From an uncultured Candidatus Saccharimonas sp. (GTDB lineage Bacteria > Patescibacteriota > Saccharimonadia > Saccharimonadales > AQU-01), in contig CALRGT010000002.1 of assembly GCA_943358095.1 (NCBI GenBank), positions 32,782-96,781 of the forward strand: a stretch of 64,000 nt of DNA, written 5' to 3'. Each line of letters starts with the position of its first letter. Within the stretch, counting starts at the first letter, position 1. The notes under the pieces were generated by a model that was not told the origin of the DNA, made no database searches, and saw only the letters and a list, made by a program, of their open reading frames with translations. Both the position numbers and the translations under genes were made by a program. This document shows, piece by piece, positions 52,071-62,800 of the stretch.

Positions 52071-55000
52071 ATGCAAGATTCAACTAACACACAGCCAAAT
52101 CTCACCCCTGTTGTTACCCCTAATACGGGCTCTATTGAAGGCATAACTCCGGTACAAAATATACAAAATTCACCAGTTTATCCTGAACAAAAAATAGATA
52201 ACACCGTTGTTTCTTCGCTGACTTCAGTTGCTAGTCCTGATGTGCAGGTTCAAGAAGCCTTTATGGATCAGAGTTCGCTTGAGAATTCCGGTCTACTTGA
52301 CGCTGTAGACACTGGATCACTGATCAACCAAGATAATTACGCTACACCGAAGGCAAAGCGTCGTTCTGCCAAAACTCCTTTCATCATCACTGGTCTAACT
52401 CTTGTGGTAGCTCTCATCATTGCTGGCCTTGGTAGCTATTTTGCCAAGCGCACTACTGTCGCCGATAAGAGTGTCTCACAGCAGGTTGTTGAGCAGTCAG
52501 TCGACTCCGCACTCCTACGTGTTGACCCTCTAAGCCTGCTTTCTCCTGTTGGTGTCATAGGTCAACAACTTCTTGTGAATGGTAATGCCGACTTCACAGG
52601 TAACATAACCGCCAATAACTTCTTTGGTAACGGTTCTGGTATTACCGACCTAAAGGCCGCTAACTGTGATGATTGTGTCATGCTTCAGCCAACCACTCCT
52701 GGCTTGGCTCAGGTTGGAGGCATCAATGTTGCGGGTAATGGTTTGTTCGGCAAACTAGGGGTGGGCACTCAGAATCCTGCCTATACCGTTGATGTTTTGG
52801 GTGACATAAACGCCAGCTCAAGTCTTAAAGTTAACGGTGTTACTGTTTGTACTGTTGCTGGTTGTGGAGCTACAAGTGGTCTAACCTCTGCTGTTACTCA
52901 ACTAGACGGACTTGTCGGCAATCTGCTAATAAGCAATACATCTGGTATTGGCACAACGATTACCATCAACGACGCCTCCACAACAGGTAAGGGAATAGCT
53001 CAGTTTAGCGCTACTAACTTCTTAGTTTCTGGCGGTACAGTCAACACTATCCAAGACATTACAAACGCTTCTATCCCAACTTTTGGTGGAATTATCTTGA
53101 ACGGTAACGTCACTCTCGGTACTACTGGTACTGTCTTTAGCAATAACCTGAGTCAGACTAGTGCTGGCAATGCTGTTGTTGTTAACGCCGCTGCCGATCA
53201 AATCACTTTCCAGGCTAATGGCCGAACTTTCCAGTTCCCGAGCACTGGGGTAGCTAATCAAACCATCTGTACTACTGGTATTACCTGTGTAGCAGGTGGT
53301 GGTCAGGCGATTTTGCTGGCACCCGGCAGCGCCCAAACAGACACCTCTGTAGATGTCTCCATATTCGTAAACGATACTGGGGGCGGTAATCTTTTACAAC
53401 TCCAGACTGCTGGAGCCGATAAGTTTGTCGTCGCTAACAACGGCGACACTTCTATAAATGCCATCCTTAAGGTTAATACCATTACACCTACAGCATCCTT
53501 TACAGTTGGCTCTAGTACTCAGACTATTACTCTTCAGGGTGATGCCAGCTCGACCTTTAATGCAACTGGCGGTGGTTTTACTTCAAGTCTTGGTTTTACT
53601 TCGCCAACCGCTAATAGGACAATTACCATCCCTAACGCTAGTGGTACAGTTGCGGTCAGCGCCAGTGGTAATATTAGCCTTAGCGCCAGCGGTAATGTAA
53701 CTTTCACCGGCCTATTACCGATCGGGAGCGGCGGTACGAACTCTTCAACTGCCGGAGGTGCTCTCACCAATCTAGGTGCTGCCGCTAGCGGTGCTAACTC
53801 CGACATCACTAGCACATCAGCATTAGCTACCGCTACTGGACTCAACACCATCACTCCGACTGGTGCTTTGACTGTTGGTGCTGTATCTCAGTCCATAACT
53901 CTACAGGGTTCTACTGCCACATTGACCAGTAATGGTGCAGGCAATGACATTACGCTAACTTCGGCCGACGCCATTATTTTGTCAGCTGTCGGTAATGTTA
54001 CATTCTCTGGATTTAATTGTACGACCTTTTCAAACGGCGGTACGCTGACGACTGACGCCAGCGGCAATGTAACTTGTTCTAACGATGATGGTGGAGCTAC
54101 TCCAACTCTGCAAACTACCTATAACGCTTCTACTAATCCAGAACTAACCGTCGACGCTACTAGAGGTGCTTTGACTGTTCGAGACAACTCTACTCCAATC
54201 GCCGCTAATCTGTTAGAAGTTCAAAATAACAGTGGTAGCACGACTTACTTTAGGGTTGACGCTAACGGCATTGAAACTACAGGCACGACCACCAGTACCG
54301 GCAATATTAACTCTAGTGGCGGCGTAATCCAGACTAATAGCGTGACTCGTATCGATAACTCCGGCAACTTAACTAACATTGGTACAATTAACAGCCAGAC
54401 TATCTCATCATCAGCCAACTTTACTGGCACAGTATCTGTCGCTACTAGCCTAACATCACCACTGTTAAGCAGTGTCGGAGCGCTAACTATTACGCCAGGA
54501 GGTGCTTTCGTAGTTGGCGCTACCAGCCAAAGCCTATCGCTTCAGGGTAACGGTTCTACTACTCTTAGCTCCACTAGCGGTGGCTTTACTAACACCCTAG
54601 GATTTACTACACCAGCTGGCTCCAACAAGTCCATCACCATCCCTAACGCTAGTGGTACAGTTGCGGTCAGCGCCAGTGGTAATATTAGTCTCAGCGTTAG
54701 CGGAGATATTACCTTCACCGGCCTATTACCGATCGCTAACGGCGGCACGAACTCTTCTACTGCCGGAGGTGCTCTCACCAATCTAGGTGCTGCTGCCAGC
54801 GGTGCAAACTCTGACATAATTAGCACATCAGCATTAGCCACCGCTACTGGACTCAACACCATCACTCCGACTGGTGCTTTGACTGTTGGCGCTACTAGCC
54901 AGGCCTTTACATTGCAGGGTAATGCTAGCTCGATAATTACTGCCACAGGTGGTGGGTTTTCTACAACAGTTGGCTTTTCTGGAACGCCTACCGGTGGAGT

Positions 55001-58000
55001 AGCTTACAATTTTGATCGTTCTGCTCTAGCTGGAACTTATACAATCTGTACAACAGTAGGTAACTGTGTGGGTGCTGGCGGTGGTGTTACTACTGCCGGA
55101 GGAACGGCAGGAAAACTAGCTAAGTTCACTGCAGGCAGCGTCATAGCTGATTCAATCATTAGTGAGTCTGGCGTTATTGTTACTGTTGCTGGTGAAGCAG
55201 TTCTTCAAGGCTCCGGCGGTTTAACTCTAGGTCAAGCATCAACAGCCACAGGTAAAATAGTCTTTAACAACATCGGTAACGCAAACACCATCACTCTTCA
55301 AAGTGGCAATCCTGGCTCAAATGTGACCTTAACTCTTCCAATCACTGCTGGAGCTAACGGTGATTGTATAACCAGTAACGGTTCAGGAGTTCTAAGCTTT
55401 ACTGCCTGTACCGGCGGACCAGGTGGCGGTGTTACTAGCGTAGACGGCCTAATAGGAGTTTTGACTATTGCTAATTCGAGTGGTTCTCTAAGTACGATAA
55501 CTATCGATGACGCCACAACCTCAAGCAAGGGTATAGCCCAGTTCAACAGCACAAACTTCACAGCCAGTAGCGGTACCATCAACACTATCCAGAACATCGA
55601 CTCAACAGCTACTCCTAGCTTTGCTGGTCTAAGCGTTACGACTGCAACAGGGCTAACATTAGGTACTGGAACGGCTGCAGGTAAATTAGTTGTACGTGAC
55701 GGTATCTCGGCATTTGGTAGCACCTTCCAGACAACCACTCTTACTGGCAATCAAGTGATTACCATTCCTAACGCTGGTGGTACCTTAGCAGTCAGCGCCA
55801 GCGGTAACATTAGTCTCAGCGCCAGCGGAGATATTACCTTCACAGGCCTATTACCGATCGCTAATGGCGGTACGAACTCTTCTACTGCCGGAGGTGCACT
55901 CACCAATCTAGGTGCTGCCGCAAGCGGTGCTAACTCCGACATCACTAGCCTTAGTGGCCTTACCACTGCGCTATCTGTTGCTCAAGGTGGCACAGCATTG
56001 GCCACAATTCCAACAAATGGTCAGTTATTGATAGGTAACGGCACTAACTACACACTGGCTGGACTCAGCGGTACCGGTATAACTGTTACTAACGGAGCCG
56101 GCAGTATTGGCTTGGCAACTATTTATGGCTCAGGCTCGAACACGGCCGCACAAGGCAACGTAACCTTTACTTGCCCTAGTGGAACAGGCAACTTATCTGG
56201 TACCGGTAACGCCATAACTATCGGTAGCGGTGGAACATGTAACAGCTTAACTGTAGTAAATAATCCAACATTCTCTGGACTTGTAACCGGCCAAGCTGGA
56301 CTAGTTGTAACAAACGGTGGATCGCTATCTACACAAAAGGGAACTGACTATGCCACGACTGGCGTGACGAGCGACGTAAACTTGGGTGCTGCTAGTCTTT
56401 ATCGACTCACTGGTATAAGTGCTCAAACCATCACCGGCTTTAGTGGTGGCGTCGATGGCCGTATCCTGACATTAATAAACGCTGGTTCAGCCACTGCCGT
56501 ATTGAGCAACTTAACCACCTCAGCTGCTGGTAATCAGATTAGTACTGGTTCTGGTAGTGATGTAAATCTACCAATTGGTAGCTCTATTTCGTTGATTTAT
56601 GATTCGGCCGCTAGTCTATGGCGCGTCAATGGTAGTCCTGCAGGCAGTGGCTTGTCTGGGGTTACTAACGACACTAACGTTACTGGAGTGTTAGCTTCTA
56701 ATGTACTAACACTTGGCTGGACAGGCACATTAGCGGTTGGGCGTGGCGGCCTAGGCGTCGGCAGCCTTACTAGTAACGGAATTCTCTACGGTAATGGTAG
56801 TAGCGCTGTTCAGGCCACTGCATCGGCTGCAAACAGTATTTTAATAACCGACGGTAGTAGTGTGCCAGCGCTTAGTCAGACATTACCTACTTTAGTGCAA
56901 GGTAATATAACTTCAACGGGCGCACTAAACTCAGGATCAATTACCTCTGGCTTCGGAGTTATAGATAACGGCTCCGACACAATTACTACAACCGGTACAA
57001 TTGGTACCGCCGGCACCACTACCTTCACCGGTAATACCGCAACATTCTCTGGTGGTGTTATAGCACCAAGTCTAGAGCGAGCCACGGCTGGCACCTTAAC
57101 TATAGGCAGCACATCCAACACTACTGCCATAAGTGAGGGTCGTACTGGAATTACAACGACCAATGCTGGTGCGCTTACAGTTTCGGAAGCCTTTAGTGCG
57201 AACCTCGGCGCAACAGTAACAGGCGGAGCAGTTACGCTGAACTCAACAGGCTCGTCTAACTTCAACACAGACATTAATACTGGCACATCTACAGGAGCTA
57301 TAAACATTGGTAACTCATTATCTGGAGCAATTAGTCTTCAGAGTAGTTCTTATGTGTCGGTGGGTGCTAGTGACACAACAGGTACGCTGTTGATACTTGA
57401 TACCAAGACAGACGCATCTGATCCTAGCGGTTCAAACGGCGGTATGTACTACAACTCTAGCCTAGGCAAGTTCCGTTGTTATGAGAACAGTGTTTGGAAA
57501 GACTGCGGCACATCAACTCCAACTAGCTTGCAAGGAGCATACACTCAGTCAGCCGGCGCCAGCCCATCCATAACCCTGACCAATGCCTTCGGAGGAATTA
57601 ATATCGTTGACGGCACAACTCCAGTAGCCGGTAACCTATTCTCCATCAAGAATAACGCCGCTACCGCCACTTACTTCGGCATAACCTCTACAGGTTTATT
57701 GATCCAAGATGCTTCTGCTACTAACGCTCTAGCGTTTGATTCGTCGACTAAAACCTTAAAGGTCTACGGTACGAGTGGCGCTGGATATGCTGGTGTTAGC
57801 TATACTGATGCTACCAGTACGGCTATTTTTGCCGCTTCTTCTGGCGGCGTATCACAACTTGGTAACGGTAACGGTAATGTTACTATTTCGCTTGGTGGTG
57901 CAACTGACGCGCTTAACTTCGACAAGACATATACACCTATTGCCGCCTACAGTTCGTCTGATTTCAATGTTATCCGCAACCTGACTGGTACATCCTTCGC

Positions 58001-59102
58001 CTTAACTGGTAATGTATTCAAAATAGAAGATCAAAGCACGATAACGAGCGGTTCAAGTGCTTCTAACTTGTTATATATTAACCAAGCCAATACCTCTGCT
58101 ACTGGCAACTTAATATTAGCTCAAACCGGTGGCTCAACTACGAAATTTGCCGTCAGCACTGCTGGCACGGTCACTGTCGCAGCTGGTCAATCCTATACTG
58201 GCACTGGCGCATTAACAGTTTCTTCAGGAGCTGCAACAGCATTGACTATCACTGGCAATGCCGCATCAACTTGGTCAACATCTACCGGCAATCTAACTAT
58301 TCAAGCTGGTGGCGCTAGCAAAGTGATATTGAAGCCAGGCACAGACTCTACTTCAGCTCTTGAGGTGCAAAATGCCGCTGGAACAGCTATGTTTACTGTT
58401 GACAGCACTAATAATAGGTTAAGCGTAGGTGTCAGTGACACAACTGGTACATTACTTGTTATCGACACCGACAATGACGCAACCTATAGCGGCGGCGCGG
58501 CGGCTAATACTGCCACAGAAGTTGACGGAGGTATGTTCTACAGTACGGTTAACCATAACTTCATGTGTGGCGTAGCTGGTTCTTGGCAGACATGTACCGG
58601 CCTGCTGTACTCGAATACTGCCATCGGCGCTACTATAAGTACCTGTACGACAGCATGTTCTCCGCTCGGCACGGCACCAATTCCAGCTAACTATTGTAAG
58701 CCAGGCAGAGTAATCCACTTAGTAGCTAGAGGAACATGGACTACCACTACAACCACACTTGCCTTGGCCGTTTACTACGGCTCTAGTACTGTAAAAGCTA
58801 GTGATACTTTGCTTGGAGTTTCGCTACCTGCGACAGCATCTTTGTCCGCAGCTACTTGGGCTTGGCAGCTAGACACGACCTTAATTTGTTTTAGTACCAC
58901 TACGATTATGGCTCAAAGTCAGGTCGTAATGCAGGTTTCGGCAACTGCTTCAACAGCCAACACTACTTATAGTACTGCCGCCACTGCCGCAACTACTGTA
59001 ACGACATCGTCGGCCAACAACTTGTATGTCTTCCCAGCATTTGGTGTATCTGCAGCTGGTAACTCCGCCATTGCAACACAGTTGATAGTAACCGGTAACT
59101 AG
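52071..59102 (+). CDS. Giant (2343 aa) membrane-anchored Gly/Thr/Ser-rich surface protein with phage-tail-fibre-like repeats
   Basis: One TM helix near aa 104-124; internal repeats; motifs DASTTGKGIAQ and LPIANGGT...LGAAASGANSDITSLSGLTTALSVAQGGT. Confidence 0.85.
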   Translation: MQDSTNTQPNLTPVVTPNTGSIEGITPVQNIQNSPVYPEQKIDNTVVSSLTSVASPDVQVQEAFMDQSSLENSGLLDAVDTGSLINQDNYATPKAKRRSAKTPFIITGLTLVVALIIAGLGSYFAKRTTVADKSVSQQVVEQSVDSALLRVDPLSLLSPVGVIGQQLLVNGNADFTGNITANNFFGNGSGITDLKAANCDDCVMLQPTTPGLAQVGGINVAGNGLFGKLGVGTQNPAYTVDVLGDINASSSLKVNGVTVCTVAGCGATSGLTSAVTQLDGLVGNLLISNTSGIGTTITINDASTTGKGIAQFSATNFLVSGGTVNTIQDITNASIPTFGGIILNGNVTLGTTGTVFSNNLSQTSAGNAVVVNAAADQITFQANGRTFQFPSTGVANQTICTTGITCVAGGGQAILLAPGSAQTDTSVDVSIFVNDTGGGNLLQLQTAGADKFVVANNGDTSINAILKVNTITPTASFTVGSSTQTITLQGDASSTFNATGGGFTSSLGFTSPTANRTITIPNASGTVAVSASGNISLSASGNVTFTGLLPIGSGGTNSSTAGGALTNLGAAASGANSDITSTSALATATGLNTITPTGALTVGAVSQSITLQGSTATLTSNGAGNDITLTSADAIILSAVGNVTFSGFNCTTFSNGGTLTTDASGNVTCSNDDGGATPTLQTTYNASTNPELTVDATRGALTVRDNSTPIAANLLEVQNNSGSTTYFRVDANGIETTGTTTSTGNINSSGGVIQTNSVTRIDNSGNLTNIGTINSQTISSSANFTGTVSVATSLTSPLLSSVGALTITPGGAFVVGATSQSLSLQGNGSTTLSSTSGGFTNTLGFTTPAGSNKSITIPNASGTVAVSASGNISLSVSGDITFTGLLPIANGGTNSSTAGGALTNLGAAASGANSDIISTSALATATGLNTITPTGALTVGATSQAFTLQGNASSIITATGGGFSTTVGFSGTPTGGVAYNFDRSALAGTYTICTTVGNCVGAGGGVTTAGGTAGKLAKFTAGSVIADSIISESGVIVTVAGEAVLQGSGGLTLGQASTATGKIVFNNIGNANTITLQSGNPGSNVTLTLPITAGANGDCITSNGSGVLSFTACTGGPGGGVTSVDGLIGVLTIANSSGSLSTITIDDATTSSKGIAQFNSTNFTASSGTINTIQNIDSTATPSFAGLSVTTATGLTLGTGTAAGKLVVRDGISAFGSTFQTTTLTGNQVITIPNAGGTLAVSASGNISLSASGDITFTGLLPIANGGTNSSTAGGALTNLGAAASGANSDITSLSGLTTALSVAQGGTALATIPTNGQLLIGNGTNYTLAGLSGTGITVTNGAGSIGLATIYGSGSNTAAQGNVTFTCPSGTGNLSGTGNAITIGSGGTCNSLTVVNNPTFSGLVTGQAGLVVTNGGSLSTQKGTDYATTGVTSDVNLGAASLYRLTGISAQTITGFSGGVDGRILTLINAGSATAVLSNLTTSAAGNQISTGSGSDVNLPIGSSISLIYDSAASLWRVNGSPAGSGLSGVTNDTNVTGVLASNVLTLGWTGTLAVGRGGLGVGSLTSNGILYGNGSSAVQATASAANSILITDGSSVPALSQTLPTLVQGNITSTGALNSGSITSGFGVIDNGSDTITTTGTIGTAGTTTFTGNTATFSGGVIAPSLERATAGTLTIGSTSNTTAISEGRTGITTTNAGALTVSEAFSANLGATVTGGAVTLNSTGSSNFNTDINTGTSTGAINIGNSLSGAISLQSSSYVSVGASDTTGTLLILDTKTDASDPSGSNGGMYYNSSLGKFRCYENSVWKDCGTSTPTSLQGAYTQSAGASPSITLTNAFGGINIVDGTTPVAGNLFSIKNNAATATYFGITSTGLLIQDASATNALAFDSSTKTLKVYGTSGAGYAGVSYTDATSTAIFAASSGGVSQLGNGNGNVTISLGGATDALNFDKTYTPIAAYSSSDFNVIRNLTGTSFALTGNVFKIEDQSTITSGSSASNLLYINQANTSATGNLILAQTGGSTTKFAVSTAGTVTVAAGQSYTGTGALTVSSGAATALTITGNAASTWSTSTGNLTIQAGGASKVILKPGTDSTSALEVQNAAGTAMFTVDSTNNRLSVGVSDTTGTLLVIDTDNDATYSGGAAANTATEVDGGMFYSTVNHNFMCGVAGSWQTCTGLLYSNTAIGATISTCTTACSPLGTAPIPANYCKPGRVIHLVARGTWTTTTTTLALAVYYGSSTVKASDTLLGVSLPATASLSAATWAWQLDTTLICFSTTTIMAQSQVVMQVSATASTANTTYSTAATAATTVTTSSANNLYVFPAFGVSAAGNSAIATQLIVTGN
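53625..55949 (+). repeat. Three near-identical intragenic repeats
   Basis: 53625-53878 and 54636-54889 (254 bp each) plus a shorter copy at 55761-55949. Confidence 0.9.
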
Positions 59103-59104
59103 CC

Positions 59105-59695
59105 CTACTGTCGGAGCGAGGCAAGTACTTGGTTTAGCTTGTCAGGATTAACGTCGCTAGGCGCAGTTATTATCAGCCAGGTGGAAGTCTTGGTTGTTAG
59201 GCTAACCATAGTCTTTAGATCGTTTTTAAGATTATATGCTCCAATTTCGGCGTGACCAATCGATACATCTAATTGATTGCGTAGTGGTATGTAGTTGCTG
59301 TAGAAATTTTGCAGTTCATCTTCTGATGGCTTTGGCTGGACGGAAAAAACGATCTTTTTATTGTTGTCATACTTTACAGAGTAAAGCACAGCTTCTTTTT
59401 GAGGGTTGCTGAAAGATGTTATGTCTAGGGTATATCCAGCTGGCAATTTTTTTGGGTCAGGGTAATAGACTATAAAACTGACTTTTTTGCTGACATCTTT
59501 AGGCACTGGGCTGATGGTACGGTGCGTATAAATCCAGCCAGCCACCCCAATTCCAGCTATTAAAGCTATAGCCAACAGGGCAGTGACAATTTTACGCAAT
59601 TTACTAGAGGTTTTTTTTAGTCGTCGGACTACTTTGGTGGCATCATCAGATTGGTCGGGGTGATTAGTTTGGCGAATGTCTGAGTCCATAACCAT
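59105..59695 (-). CDS. Hypothetical single-TM protein
   Basis: TM helix followed by VYYP..LPAGYTL; converges on the giant gene. Confidence 0.75.
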   Translation of the reverse strand: MVMDSDIRQTNHPDQSDDATKVVRRLKKTSSKLRKIVTALLAIALIAGIGVAGWIYTHRTISPVPKDVSKKVSFIVYYPDPKKLPAGYTLDITSFSNPQKEAVLYSVKYDNNKKIVFSVQPKPSEDELQNFYSNYIPLRNQLDVSIGHAEIGAYNLKNDLKTMVSLTTKTSTWLIITAPSDVNPDKLNQVLASLRQ

Positions 59696-59853
59696 TAATC
59701 TAACTCAATAGACCTCCTTGTTGCAACTTTCTACTAATTTTTTATATAAGCATAATGACCGTTTTACGGCATTATTTGCTATAATATAAGCATAAACTTA
59801 TAGGGGTGGCGGAACGGCCAAGTAGCCGCGAAGTCAGGGTGACATAGTCGAAA

Positions 59854-62800
59854 ATGAAAATCAAACGGCATCTCCTTGGTAAAATAGTCAAAAAGCCACT
59901 CACCAAACTAAGGCGAGCGGTCAAGTCTAGTCATGTGTTTCTGGCTCGACGTGCCAATCGTTATCTAGTAAAGCCGTTATTACAGCTAAAGCATAAATAC
60001 AATATTCGCCTGCCTAAATTCGTTAAAGATCCTTGGTTTTTGAGCGTGGCTTTGAGCCTTATTGTTATATTAGTAGGGGTCGGTTACCGCACTTGGCACA
60101 CTAATTCGCTCTACAAGTTAGGGGCTAGCGAAACCAAATTACTATCAAAATCTAGCGTCGACAAGTCCTTTATCAAAGAAGACAAAAAATCGTTTAGCTA
60201 TAGTCGATCAGCAGAAACCAAAGTTGGCACATCTAGCGAACAGGTTGTAGCTGGGGTAGGTGACGGCACCGCTAAGCTACCTTATCGGGCTAATTTAGCC
60301 AAGAATCCCAAAGACGGGGTGACTTTTAGTGACGAAAAGGGCGAGCGTAGCGTTACTATGACGGCGCGCTATCCACAATCGGCCGGCCGCTACCAAGATG
60401 GGCGAGTGATGTATCCTTCCGGTAGCAACGAGATCAGTAGCTATACCTTTAAGCGCAACGGACTCAAGCAGGACATAATAATCAGCAAGCCCAGCAAAAA
60501 GACACAGACCTTTGTCTGGGACCTAAAATTAACCAGTTCGCTAGAAGCAAGAATGTTGCCAGATGGCGGTGTCGGTATTTATGCGGCCGACAATATACTT
60601 TCGGGTGATATCACTATTTCCGATAAAAAAAGTCAGGATTTAATAGACAACGCTCGCAAGAACTCAGCCAAAACTACTCTAGTCTTTCAATTACCAAAAC
60701 CATTCATGATAGACCAGCGAGGAGTCAAAAATTACGAAGATTTAACTTATAGACTTAATGGAAACACCTTATCTCTAGAGGTGCGAAACTTGCTTAGTCA
60801 AAAATATCCTATCAATATTGACCCTACTATTGTTGTAACCACAACAAGTGATTTTCGACAGGGGGTAGGCGACAGCAGCAACACAGACTACACTACTGCA
60901 GATCAGATTACATTTACAAATAGTAACTCAACTAGTGCGCTCAACACTTGGGCATATACTCACGACTCTTTAAACGATGGCGGTAGTTTTGTGTCTGGCT
61001 TCACCACCGGCCGTACTGGTCACGCCTCCGTCGCCTATAACGGCTACTTATATGTTGTGGGGGGATTCCAGAGCGGTGGTGCTTATCAGAATGATGTGCA
61101 ATACGCACCAATCAACGCCGATGGCACCATAGGCACCTGGGCAGCCACCACCAGCTTCACCACTGCTCGTAACGCTCACACTTCTGTCGCCTATAACGGC
61201 TATTTATATGTTGTAGGGGGCTACACCGGTAGTGTTTATCAAAGCGACGTCCAATACGCCGCAATTAATGCCGATGGCACCATAGGCACTTGGACAGCCA
61301 CCACCAGCTTCACCACCGCCCGTAACGGCCATACCTCCGTCGCCTACAATGGTTATCTATATGTTGTAGGGGGCTACACCGGTAGTGTTTATCAAAGCGA
61401 CGTCCAATACGCCGCAATTAATGCCGATGGCACCATAGGCACTTGGACAGCCACCACCAGCTTCACCACCGGTCGTACGAATTTATCTAGTACTATTAAT
61501 AATGGCTATCTATATATCATGGGGGGCTACACGGGTAGTACTTATTTAAGCGATGTCCAGTATGCTCAGTTTAAAGTTAACGGTAGTTTGGGAGGCTTTG
61601 TTGCCACCACTAGCTTCACCACCGGCCGCTTCGGTCACGCCTCCGTCGCCTATAACGGTTATCTATATGTTATTGGCGGTTCAACCACTGGCCCCGATAT
61701 AAGAGATGTTCAGTTTAGTTCGATAAGTAGCGGCAAGGCTAGTAGTTGGGCGAACTCTAGTATTAATTTGGATCCTTTTGGCAGCGCTTATCATGGCTTA
61801 GTCGCCTATAATGGTTATTTATATAAATCAGGTGGTACTTATTATTTCTTTGCGCAAGGTTACTTGAACGACGTCCAATACGCCCCAATTAACGCCGACG
61901 GAACCATAGGCACCTGGACAGCCACCACCAGCTTCACCACCGCCCGATTTGCCCATACTTCTGTCGCCTATAATGGCTACCTTTATATTATAGGTGGTTG
62001 TACTAATGACGGAGCCGCTGCATTTGCTGAGTGCAGTGGAACGCTAAGCAATGTCCAATACGCCGCAATTAATAGCAATGGAACCATAGGTACCTGGACG
62101 GCCACCTCCAGTCTAATCAGCGCTCGCTTTGCCCACACTTCTGTCGTTTACAACGGTTTTGTCTATGTTATGGGTGGTTGTGACAATAATTGCGTTACTC
62201 ACGATAACGGTGTCCAATACGCCCAAATTAACAGTACCGGCACCATAGGGGCTTGGATGACCACCACCAGCTTCACCACCGGCCGCTATAAACATTCCAG
62301 CGTTGTTTATAACGGATATGTCTACATAATTGCTGGATGCTCTGTTTCTTCTTGGTTGGGCTGTTCAACAACTTTGAGCGATGTTCAGTACGCCTTAATC
62401 TGTACCGGCACTAATAGCGGCACTCTTGGTTGTGGCACCACCGCTGGAAGAGTAGGCACCTGGACGGCCACCACCAGCTTTGCTAGCGGGCGCTACGGCC
62501 ATACCTCCGTCGCCTACAATGGCTACATCTACGTTATGGGTGTCGAAGCAGCTACCTTAGCTATAATTAACAGTAACGGCACCATAGGCACCTGGACAGC
62601 CACTACCACCATCGTTACCTCAGGGCTGGGTATAGCGTCGGCCGCTTTAGAGGGTTATATTTACTTAACCGGCGGCCTTAACGGTGGCACATATAATAAC
62701 GTTACTCAATACGCCAATGTCGGTCCAACTACTAATTTTCCTACTACTTGGACGTACACCACCAGCTTTTCTCTCGGTCGTTATGGTCACACCTCCGTCG

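Noticed and set aside
52071..59102. Prophage
   Set aside because: No integrase, terminase, capsid or portal genes; the fibre-like protein has its own membrane anchor.
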